Source: the human T2T-CHM13v2.0 reference genome, Homo sapiens. From it: DNA of 64,000 bases. Shown in pieces: positions 44,701-57,290 of this stretch. A model generated the notes under the pieces. The model was given only the letters and a program-made list of their open reading frames with translations. It was not told where the DNA came from and made no database searches. Every line of letters starts with the position of its first letter. Within the stretch, counting starts at the first letter, position 1. Location: NCBI RefSeq assembly GCF_009914755.1, contig NC_060933.1; one strand, 5' to 3'. The position numbers and the translations under genes are program-made.

Positions 44701-45480
44701 TCCATTCCATTCCATACCATTCCATTCCATTCCATTCCATGCCATTCCACTCGGGTTGATTCCATTCCTTTCCATTCCTTTCGAGTTGAACCCATTCCAT
44801 TCCATTCCATTCCATTCCATTCCATTGCACACGGGTTCATTCCATTCCATTACATTCCATTCCATTTCCTTCTTTTCCATTCTATTGCTTACCATTCCAT
44901 TCCATTCCATTACATTCCATGCCATTCCACTCGGGTTTATTCCATTCCTTTCCATTCCATTCGAGTTCAGTCCATTCCATTCCCTTCCATTCCATTCGAT
45001 TCCATTCCATTGCACTCGGGTTGATTCCATTCCATTCCATGCCATTCCATTTCATTCCATTCCATTCCATTCCATTCCATTCTATTCCGTTCCATTCCAT
45101 TCAATTACATTCGTATTGATTCTTTTTAATTTCCTTACACTCCATTACATTCCATTCCATTCGGGTACTTTCCATTCCATTCCATTCCATTCCGCTGCAT
45201 TCTATTGCACTCGGTTTGATTGATTCCATTCCATTGCATTCCATTCCATTCCATTCCCCTGAACTCGGGTGGATTCCATTCCATTCCATTCCATTCCATT
45301 CCGTTCCATTCCATTCCATTCCATTCTGTTCAGGTTAATTCCATTCCATTCCATTCCCTTCCATTCCATTCCATTCTATTCCATTCCATTCCATTCCATT
45401 CCCCTGCACTCAGTTTGATTCCATTCCATTCCATTCCATTCCGTTCCATTCCATTCCAATCCATTCTATTCACATTAATT

Positions 45481-45720
45481 CCATTCCATTCCATTCCATT
45501 ACATTCCATTGCAATCGAGTTGATTCCATTCCATTCCATTCCATTCCATTCAAGTCCTTTCCATTCCATTCCACTCGTGTTGATTCCATTTTATTAGTTT
45601 CCATTCCATTCCATTCCATTACATTCCATTGCAATCGAGTTGATTCCATTCCATTCCATTCCATTCCATTCAAGTCCTTTCCATTCCATTCCACTCGTGT
45701 TGATTCCATTTTATTAGTTT
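45481..45720 (+). repeat. Perfect 120-bp tandem duplication
   Basis: 45481-45600 and 45601-45720 are identical line for line, including CAAGTCCTTT and TTTTATTAGTTT. Paralogues at ~36820, ~38390 and ~57450 have one copy. Confidence 0.95.
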
Positions 45721-46190
45721 CCATTCCATTCCATTCCCTTCCATTCCACTGTGGTTGATTCCATTCCTTTCCATTCTACTCGATTGCATTCCCTTCTATT
45801 CCACTCGGATTGATTCCATTCCATTCCGTTCCATTCCATTCCATTTCGTTCCATTCCATTCTATTCCATTCCATTCCATTCCATTCCTTTCCATTCCAAT
45901 CCGTTCCATTCCATTCCATTCCGTTCCATTCCATTCCATTCCATTCCATTTCTTTCCATTCCATTCTATTCCATACCATTCCATTCCATTCCGTTCCATG
46001 CCATTCCACTCGGGTTGATTCCATTGCTTTCCATTCCATTTGGGTTGAATCCATTCCATTCCATTCCATTCCATTCCATTCCATTCCATTGCACAAGGGT
46101 TCATTCCATTCTATTCCATTCCATTCCATTCCATTCCATTCCATTCCATTTCTTTCCATTCCATTCAATTCCTTACCATTCCATTCCATT

Positions 46191-49100
46191 CCATTCCATT
46201 CCATTCCATTCCGGATGATTCCATTCCATTGCATTCCATTCCATTCCATTCCCCTGCACTCGGGTTGATTCCATTCCATTCCACTCCATTCCGTTCCATT
46301 CCATTCCATTCCATTGTATTCGAGTTAATTCCATTCCATTCCATTCCATTCCATTCCATTCCATCACAATCGAGTTGGTTCCATTCCATTCCATTCCATT
46401 CCAATCCATTCCATTCCATTCCGGATGATTCCATTCCATTACATTCCGTTCCATTACATTCCGCTGCACTCGGGTTGATTCCATTCCATTCCATTCCATT
46501 CCATTCCATTCCATTCCAATTCTTTCCATTCCATTCTATTCCGTACCATTCCATTCCATTCCATACCATTCCATTCCATTCCATTCCATTCCATTCCGTT
46601 CCGTTCCGTTCCGTTCCGTTTCATTCCATTCCATTCCATTTTATTCGGGTTAATCCCATTCCATTCCATTCCATTCCATTCCATTCTATTCCATTCCATT
46701 GCAATCGAGTTGAATCCATTGCATTCCATTCCATTCCATTCCGGAAGATTCCATTCCACTGCATTCCTTTCCATTCCATTCCGGAAGATTCCATTCCATT
46801 GCATTCCATTCCATTCCATTCCCCTGCACTCGCGTTGATTCCATTCAATTCCATTCCATTCCATTCCATTCCGTTCCGTTTCATTCCATTCCATTCCATT
46901 CCTTTCCGTTCCCTTCCGTTCCATTCCATTCCATACTATTCGGGTTAATTCCATTCCATTCCATTCGATTGCAATCCAGTTGATTCCATTCCATTCCATT
47001 CCATTCCATTCCATTCCATTCCTTTCCATTCCATTACGGATGATTCCATTCCATTACATTACATTCCATTCCATTCCCCTGTACTCGGGCTGATTCCATT
47101 CCATTCCATTCCATTAAATTCTATTCCATTCCATTCCGTTCCATTCCGGAAGATTCCATTCCATTGCATTCCATTCCATTCCATTCCCCTGCACTCGCGT
47201 TGATTGCATTCCATTCCATTCCATTCCATTCCATTCCATTTTCTTCCGTTCCATTCCATTCCATTCCATTCGATTCCATTCCGTTCCGTTCCGTTGCATT
47301 CCATTCCATTCCATTCTATTCGGGTTAATTCCATTCCATTCCATTCGATTGCAATCGTGTTGATTCCATTCCATTCCATTCCATTCCATTCCATTCCATT
47401 CCTTTCCATTCCGTTACGGATGATTCCATTCCATTGCATTCCATTCCATTCCATTCCCCTTTACTCGGGTTGATTCCATTCCATTGCATTCCAAACCATG
47501 CCCTTCCACTCGTGTTGATTCCATTCTTTCCATTCCATTCAAGTTGAATTCATTCCATTGCATTCCACTCAATTCGAATCCATTCGATTGCACTCGGGTT
47601 GATTCCATTCCATTGCATTCCATTCCATTCCATTCCATTCCATTCCATTCCGTTCCATTCCGTTCCATTCCATTCCATTACATTCGGATTGATTCTATTC
47701 AATTCCCTTACACTCCATTACATTCCATTCCATTCGGGTAGTTTCCATTCCATTCTATTCCATTCCTCTCCATTCCATTGCACTCGGGTTGATTCCATTC
47801 CATTGCATTCCATTCCATTCCTTTCAATTCCATTCCGTTCCATTCCATTCCATTACATTCGGATTGATTCTATTCAACTCCCTTACTCTCCATTACATTC
47901 CATTCCATTCGGGTTGTTCCATTCCATTCCATTCCATTCCACTCCTTTCCATTGCACTCGGGTTTATTCCATTCCACTCCATTCCATTCCATTCCATTCC
48001 GGAAGATTCCATTCCATTGCATTCCGTTCCATTCCATTCCCCTGCACTCGCGTTGATTCCATTCCACTCTATTCCATTCCATTCCATTCCATTCCATTCC
48101 ATTCCATTCCTTTCCGTTCCATTCCATTCCATTCCATTCCATTCCATTCCATTCCGTTCCGTTCCGTTCCGTTCCGCTCGATTCTATTCCATTCCATTCT
48201 ATTCGGGTTAAATCCATTCCATTCCATTCGATTGCAATCGAGTTGATTCCATTCCATTCCATTCCATTCCATGCCATTCCACTCGTGTTGATTCCATTCT
48301 TTCCATTCCATTCAAGTTGAATCCATTCCATTGCATTCCATTCCATTCGATTCCACTCAATTGCAGTCGGGTTGATTCCATGGCATTGCATTCCATTCCA
48401 TTCCATTCCATTCCATTCCATTCCATTCCATTCTTTTCCATTCCATTCCATTCCATTGCATTCGGATTCATTCTATTCAATTCCCTTACACTCCATTACA
48501 TTCCATTCCATTCGTGTAGTTTCCATTCCATTCCATTCCATTCCTCTCCATTCCATTGCACTCGGGTTGATTCCATTCCATTCCATTCCATTCCATTCCA
48601 TTCCATTCCATTCCATTCCGGATGATTCCATTCCATTGAATTGCATTCCATTCCATTCCCCTGCACTTGGGTTGATTCCATTCCATTCCATTCCATTCCT
48701 TTCTTTTACATTCCATTTCATTCCATTCCATTCTTTCGTGTTAATTCCATTCTATTCTATTCCATTCCATTCCATTGAAATCGAGTTGATTCCATTCCAT
48801 TCCTTTCCATTACATTCCATTCCATTCCGTTCCATTTCATTCTATTCGGGTTAATTCCATTCCATTCCATTCCACTCCATTCCAGTCCTTTCCATTCCAT
48901 TCCACTCGGGTTGATTCCATTCTATTCCTTTCAATTCCATTCCATTCCTTTGCAATCGAGTTGATTCCATTCGAGTTGAATCCATTCCATTCCATTCCAT
49001 TCCATTCCATTCCATTCCATTGCACACGGGTTCATTCCATTCCATTCCATTCCATTCCATTTCATTCCATTCCATTCTATTCCGTACCATTCCATTCCAT

Positions 49101-52100
49101 CCCTTTCCATTCCGTTCCATTCCATGCCATTACACTCGGGTTGATTCCAGTCCTTTCTATTCCATTCTTGTTGAATCCATTCCATTCCATTCCATTCCAT
49201 TCGAATCCATTCCATTGCACTCGGGTTGATTCCATTCCATTCCATTCCATTCCATTTCATTCCATTCCATTCCATTACATTCGGATTAATTCTATTCAAT
49301 TCTCTTACACTCCATTACATTCCATTCCATTCGGGATGTTTCCATTCCATTCCATTCCATTCCACTCCATTCCATTGCATCAGGTTGATTGCATTCCATT
49401 CCATTCCATTCCATTCCGGATGATTCCATTCCATTGCATTCCATTCCATTCCATTCCCCTGCACTCGGGTTGATTCGATTCCATTCCATTCCATTCCATT
49501 CCATTCCATTCCATTCCGTTCCATTCCATTCCATTCCATTCTATTCCGGTTAATTGTATTCTATTCCATTCGATTCCATTCCATTCCATTCCATTCCATT
49601 GCAATCGAGTTGATTCCATTCCATTCCGTTCCGGATGATTCCATTCCATTCCATTCCATTCCCTTCCATTCCCTGCAGTCGGGTTGATTCCATTCCTTTC
49701 CATTCCATTCCATTCCATTCCATTCCGTTCCATTCCATTCCATTCCATTCTATTCGGGTTAATTCCATTCCGTTCCATTCCATTCCATTCCACTCCATTC
49801 CAGTCCTTTCCATTCCATTACACTCCGTTTGATTCCATTGTATTCCTTTCCATTCCATTCCATTCCATTGCAATCGAGTTGATTCCATTTCTTTGCATTC
49901 CATTCTATTCCATTCCATTCCGGATGATTCCATTCCATTGCATTCCATTCCATTCCATTCCCCTGCACTCGGGTTGATTCCATTCCATTCCACTCCATTC
50001 CGTTCCATTCCATTCCATTGCATTGTATTCGGGTTAATTCCATTCCATTCCATTCCATTCCATTCCATTCCATTCCATTGCAATCGAATTGATTCCACTC
50101 CATTCCATTCCATTCCATTCCATTCCAGTCCTTTCCATTCCATTCCACTCGGGTTGATTCCATTCTATTAGTTTCCAATCCATTCCATTCCCTTCCATTC
50201 CACTCTGGTTGATTCTATTCCTTTCCATTCCACTCCAAAACATTCCCTCCTATTCCACTCGGAACGATTCCATTCCATTCCATTCCATTCCATTCCATTC
50301 CATTCCAGTTCGTTCCATTCCGTTCTATTCCGTACCATTCCATTGCATTCCATTGCTTTCCATTCCATTCCTTTCCACTCGTGTTGATTCCATTCCTTTC
50401 CATTCCATTCGGTTTGAAGGCATTCCATTCCATTCAATTCCATTCCATTCCATTCCATTCCATTCCATTCCATTCCATTCCATTCCATTCCATTCCATTC
50501 TATTCCATTCCATTGCAATCGAGTTGAATCCACTGCCTTTCATTCCATTCCATTCCATTCCATTCCATTCCGGAAGATTCCATTCCATTACATTCCATTC
50601 CATTCCATTCCCCTGCACTCGCGTTGATTCCATTCCATTCCATTCCATTCCGTTCCGTTCCATTCCATTCCATTCCATTCCATTCCATTCCATTCCGTTC
50701 CGTTCCGTTCCGTTCCATTCCATTCCATTCCATTCTATTCGGGTTAATTCCATTCCATTCCATTCGATTGCCATCGAGTTGATTCCATTCCATTCCATTC
50801 CAGTCCATTCCATTCCATTCCATTCATTTCCATTCCATTACGGATGACTTCATTCCATTGCATTCCATTCCATTCCATTCCCGTGTACTCGGGTTGATTC
50901 CATTCCATTCCATTCCACTCCATTTGGTTCCGTTGCATTCCATTCTATTGCATTCCATTCTATTCGGGTTAATTCCATTCCGTTCTATTCCATTCCATTC
51001 CATTCCATTCCATTGCAATGAAGTTGATTCCATTCCATTCCATTTCATTAGATTCCATTCCGGAAGATTCCATTCCATTGCATTCCATTCCATTCCATTC
51101 CCCTGCACTCGCGTTGACACCATTCCATTCCATTCCATTCCATTCCATTCCGTTCCGTTCCGTTCCGTTCCTTTCCGTTCCGTTCCATTCCATTCCATTC
51201 CATTCCATTCCATTCCGTTCCGTTCCATTCTATTCCATTCCATTCTATTCGGGTTAATTCCATTCCATTCCATTCGATTGCAATCGTGTTGATTCCATTC
51301 CATTCCATTCCATTCCATTCCATTCCATTCCATTCCTTTCCATTGCATTACGGATGATTCCATTCCATTGCATTCCATTCCATTCCATTCCCCTGTACTC
51401 GGGTTGATTCCATTCCATTGCATTCCAATCCATGCCCTTCCACTCGTGTTGATTCCATTCTTTCCATTCCGTTCAAGTTGAATCCATTCCATTGCATTCC
51501 ATTCCATTCGATTCCATTCGATTGCACTCGGGTTGATTCCATTCCATTGCATTCCATTCCATTCCATTCCATTCCATTCCATTCCGTTCCATTCCATTCC
51601 ATTACATTCGGATTGATTCTATTCAATTCCCTTACATTCCATTACGTTCCATTCCATTCGGGTAGTTTGCATTCCATTCCATTCCATTCCTCTCCATTCC
51701 ATTGCACTCGGGTTGATTCCACTCCATTGCATTCCATTCCATTCCATTCAATTCCATTCCGTTCCATTCCATTCCATTACATTCGGATTGATTCTATTCA
51801 TCTCCCTTAGTCTCCATTACATTCCATTCCATTCGGGTTGTTCCATTCCATTCCATTCCATACCACTCCATTCCATTGCACTCGGGTTGATTCCATTCCA
51901 TTCCATTCCATTCCATTCCATTCCATTCCATTCCGGAAGATTCCATTCCATTGCATTCCATTCCATTCCATTCCCCTGCACTCGCGTTGATTCCATTCCA
52001 TTCCATTCCATTCCATTCCTTTCTGTTCCATTCCATTGCATTCCATTCCATTCCATTCCATTCCGTTCCGTTATGTTCCATTCCATTCCATTCCATTCTA

Positions 52101-55100
52101 TTCTGGTTAATTCCATTCCATTCCATTCGATTGCAATCGAGTTGATTCCATTCCATTCCATTCCATTCCATTCCATTCCATTCCATTCCATTCCTTTCCA
52201 TTCCATTACGGATGATTCCATTCCATTGCATTCCATTCCATTCCATTCCCCTGTACTCGGGTTGATTCCATTCCATTCCATTCCAATCCATGGCATTCCA
52301 CTCGTGTTGATTCCATTCTTTCCATTCCATTCAAGTTGAATCCATTCCATTCCATTCCATTCCATTCCATTCCATTCCGTTCCGTTCCGTTCCGTTCCGT
52401 TCCGTTCCATTCCATTCCATTCCATTCTATTCGGGTTAATTCCATTCCATTCCATTCGATTGCAATCTAGTCGATTCCATTCCATTCCATTCCATTCCAT
52501 TCCATTCCATTCCATTCCATTCCTTTCCATTCCATTACGGATGATTCCATTCCATTGCATTCCATTCCATTCCATTCCCCTGTACTCGGGTTGATTCAAT
52601 TCCATTCCATTCCAATCCATGCCATTCCACTCGTGTTGATTCCATTCTTTCCATTCCATTCAAGTTGAATCCATTCCATTGCATTCCATTCCATTCCATT
52701 CCCCTGCAGTCGGGTTGATTCCATTCCATTCCATTCCATTCCATTCCGTTCCGTTCCATTCCATTCCATTCCTTTCTATTCGGGTTAATTCCATTCCATT
52801 CCATTCCATTCCATTCCATTCCATTCCATTCCAATCAAGTTGATTCCATTCCATTCCATTCCATTCCATTCCATTCCATTCCATTCCACTCCATTCCGTT
52901 CCATTCCATTCCATTCCATTGTATTCGGGTTAATTCCATTCCATTCCGTTCCATTCCATTCCATTCCATTCCATTACAATCGAGTTGATTCCATTCCATT
53001 CCATTCCATTCCAGTCCTTTCCATTCCATTCCACTCGGGTTGATTCCATTCTATTAGTTTCCATTCCATTCCATTCCCTTCCATTCCACTCTGGTTGATT
53101 CCATTCCTTTCCATTCCACTCGAATACATTCCCTCCTATTCCACTCGGAACGATTCCATTCCATTCCATTCCATGCCATTCCATTCCATTCCATTCCATT
53201 CCATTCCGTTCCATTCCGTTCCATTCCATTCCATTCCATTCTATTCGGATTAATTCCATTCCATTCCATTCCATTCCATTCTATTCCACTCCATTGCAAT
53301 CGAGTTGAATCCATTGCATTTCATTCCATTCCATTCCATTCCATTCCATTCCATTCCATTTCGTTCCATTCCATTCTATTCCGTATCATTCCATTCCATT
53401 CCATTCCATTCCATTCCATTCCATTCCATTCCATTCCATTCCATTGTACTCGGGTTGATTCCATTCCATTGCATTCCATTCCATTCCATTCCATTCCATT
53501 CCATTCCATTCCATTCCATTCCATTCCGTTCCATTCCATTACATTCGGATTGATTCTTTTCAACTCCCTTACTCTCCATTACATTCCATTCCATTCGGAT
53601 TGTTCCATTCCATTCCATTCCACTCCATTCCATTGCACTCGGGTTGATTCCATTCCATTCCATTGCATTCCATTCCGGATGATTCCATTCCATTGCATTC
53701 CGTTCCATTACATTTCCCTGCACTCGGGTTGATTCCATTCCATTCCATTCCATTCCATTCCATTCCATTCCATTCCATTCCATTCCATTCCCCTGCACTC
53801 GCGTTGATTCCATTCCATTCCATTCCATTCCATTCCATTCCATTCCATTCCTTTCCATTCCAGTCCTTTCCATTCCATTCCACTCGGGTTGATTCCATTC
53901 TATTAGTTTCCATTCCATTCCATTCCCTTCCATTCCACTGTGGTTGATTCCATTCCTTTCCATTCCACTCGAATACATTCCCTCCTATTCCACTCGGAAC
54001 GATTCCATTCCATTCCATTCCATTCCATTCCATTCCATTCCATTCTATTTCGTTCCATTCCATTCTATTCCGTATCATTCCATTCCATTCCATTCCATTC
54101 CATTCCATTCCATTCCATTCCATTGTACTCAGGTTGATTCAATTCCATTGCATTCCATTCCATTCCATTCCATTCCATTCCATTCAATTCCATTCCATTA
54201 CAATTCGTTCCATTCCATTCTATTCCGTACCATTCCATTCCATTCCATACCATTCCATTCCATTCCATTCCATTCCATTCCGTTGCATTCCGTTCAATTC
54301 CATTCCATTCCATTCTATTCGGATTAATTCCATTCCATTCCATTCCATTCCATTCCATTCCATTCCATTCCATTTCGTTCCATTCCATTCTGTTCCGTAT
54401 CATTCCATTCCATTCCATTCCATTCCCTTCCATTCCATTCCATTACATTCCACTCGTGTTGATTCCATTCCTTTCCATTCCACTCGGTTTGAAGGCATTC
54501 CATTCCATTCCATTCCATTCCATTCCATTCCATTCCATTGTACTCGGGTTGATTCCATTCCATTGCATTCCATTCCATTCCAATCCGTTGCATTCCATTC
54601 CATTACATTCGGATTGATTCTATTCAACTCCCTTACTCTCTATTACATTCCATTCCATTCGTGTTGTTCCATTCCATTCCATTCCATTCCACTCCATTCC
54701 ATTGCACTCGGGTTGATTCCATTCCATTCCATTCCATTCCATTCCATTCCGGATGATTCCGTTCCATTGCATTCCGTTCCATTACATTCCCCTGCACTCG
54801 CGTTGATTCCATTCCATTCCATTCCATTCCATTCCATTCAATTCCATTCCATTACAATTCGTTCCATTCCATTCTATTCCGTACCATTCCATTACATTCC
54901 ATACCATACCATTCCATTCCATTCCATTCCATTCCATTCCGTTCCGTTCCATTCCGTTCCATTCCATTCCATTCCATTCTATTCGGGTTAATTCCATTCC
55001 ATTCCATTCCAATCTATTCCATTCCATTGCAATCGAGTTGAATCCATTGCATTTCAATCCATTCCATTCCATTCCATTCCATTCCATTGCAATCGAGTTG

Positions 55101-57290
55101 AATCCTTTGCATTTCATTCCATTCCATTCCATTCCATTCCATTCCGGAAGATTCCATTCCATTGCATTGCATTCCATTCCATTCCCCTGCACTTGCGTTG
55201 ATTCCATTCCATTCCATTCCATTCCATTCCATTCCGTTCCGTTCCGTTCCATTTCATTCCATTCCATTCCATTCCATTCCGTTCCGTTCCGTTCCATTCC
55301 ATTCCATTCTATTCGGGTTAATTCCATTCCATTCCATTCGATTGCAATCCAGTTGATTCCATTCCATTCCATTCCATTCCATTCCGTTCCATTCCATTCC
55401 ATTCCATTCTATTCGGGTTAATTCCATTCCATTCCTTTCCATTCCATTCCATTCCATTCCAATCGAGTTGATTCCATTCCATTCCATTCCATTCCATTCC
55501 ACTCCATTCCAGTCCTTTCCATTCCATTACACTCGGGTTGATTCCGTTCTATTCCTTTCCATTCCATTCCATTCCATTGCAATCGAGTTGATTCCATTGC
55601 TTTGCATTCCATTCCATTCCATTCCATTCCGGATGATTCCATTCCATTGCATTCCATTCCATTCCATTCCCCTGCACTCGGGTTGATTCCATTCCATTCT
55701 ACTCCATTCCGTTCCATTCTAGTCCATTCCATTTTTTTCGGGTTAATTCCATTTCATTCCATTCCATTCCATTCCATTACAATGTAGTTGATTCCATTCA
55801 ATTCCATTCCATTCCATTCCATTCCAGTCCTTTCCATTCCATTCCACTCGGGTTGATTCCATTCTATTAGTTTCCATTCCATTCCATTCCCTTCCGTTCC
55901 AATCTCGTTGATTACATTCCTTTCCCTTCCACTCGAATACATTCCCTCCTATTCCACTCAGAACGATTCCATTCCATTCCATTCCATTCCATTCCATTCC
56001 ATTCCATTCCATTCCAGTTCGTTCCATTCCATTCTATTCCGTACCATTCTATTCCATTCCATTCCTTTCCATTCCATTCCATTCCAGTCGTGGTGATTCC
56101 ATTCCTTTCCATTCCATTCGGTTTGAAGGCATTCCATTCCATTCAATTCCATTCCATTCTATTCCATTCCATTCCATTCCATTCCATTCCATTGTACTCG
56201 AGTTGATTCCATTCCATTGCATTCAATTCCATTCCATTCCATTCCATTGTACTCGAGTTGATTCCATTCCATTGCATTCCATTCCATTCCATTCCATTCC
56301 ATTCCGTTGCATTCCATTCCATTATATTCGGATTGATTCTATTCAACTCCCTTACTCTCCATTACATTCCATTCCATTCGGGTTGTTCCATTCCATTCCA
56401 TTCCATTCCACTCCATTGCATTGCACTCGGGTTGATTCCATTCCATTCCATTCCATTCCATTCCATTCCGGATGATTCCATTCCATTGCATTCCGTTCCA
56501 TTACATTCCCCTGCACTCGCGTTGATTCCATTCCATTCCATTCCATTCCATTCCATTCAATTCCATTCCATTGCAATTCGTTCCATTCCATTCTATTCCG
56601 TACCATTCCATTCCATTCCATACCTTTCCATTCCATTCCATTCCATTCCGTTCCATTCTGTTCCTTTCCTTTCCATTCCATTCTATTCGGATTAATTCCA
56701 TTCCATTCCATTCCATTCCATTCTATTCCATTCCATTGCAATCGAGTTGAATCCATTGCATTTCATTCCATTCCATTCCATTCCATTCCATTCCGGAAGA
56801 TTCCATTCCATTGCATTCCATTCCATTCCATTCCCCTGCACTCGCGTTAATTCCATTCCATTCCATTCCATTCCATTCCATTCCGTTCCGTTCAATTCCA
56901 TTCCATTCCATTCCATTCCATTCCATTCCATTCCGTTCCGTTCCATTCCATTCCATTCTATTCGGGTTAATTCCATTCCATTCCATTCCATTCCATTCCA
57001 TTCCATTCCAATCGAGTTGATTCCATTCCTTTCCATTCCATTCCATTCCACTCCATTCCAGTCCTTTCCATTCCATTCCACTCGGGTTGATTCCAATGTA
57101 TTCCTTTCCATTCCATTCCATTCCATTGCAATCGAGTTGATTCCATTGCTTTTCATTCCATTCCATTCCATTCCATTCCGGATGACTCCATTCCATTGCA
57201 TTCCATTCCATTGCATTCCCCTGCACTCGGGTTGATTCCATTCCATTCCACTCCATTTCGTTGCATTCCATTCCATTCCATTGTATTCGG
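46191..57290 (+). repeat. HSat3 sub-domain, dialect A, block 2
   Basis: CCGGAAGATTCC, CTGCACTCGCGTT, TTACGGATG (47035, 47414, 50838, 51348, 52206, 52535) and GAATACATTCCCTCC (53122, 53971, 55935) all return. Rare variants are shared with 8.8-16 kb, e.g. CGATTGCCATCGAG 13546/50765 and ATGCCCTTCCAC 14848/47498/51432. Confidence 0.8.
46739..56803. promoter_or_regulatory. Cluster of 9 perfect three-unit heat-shock-element matches (TTCCGGAAGATTC)
   Basis: 13-mers start at 46739, 46779, 47144, 47997, 50568, 51058, 51931, 55142, 56791. Motif seen directly; function inferred. Confidence 0.55.

Larger units (their letters stand above)
17201..46190 (+). repeat. HSat3 sub-domain, dialect B, block 1
   Basis: Diagnostic motifs GCACTAGGTTTG, CCGTATGATTCC, CGGGTGGATTCC, CTGTTCAGGTTAATT, TTGATTGATTCC and TTCTTTTTAATT recur here. 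Dialect-A markers CCGGAAGATTCC and TTACGGATG were not seen. Boundaries approximate. Confidence 0.8.
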
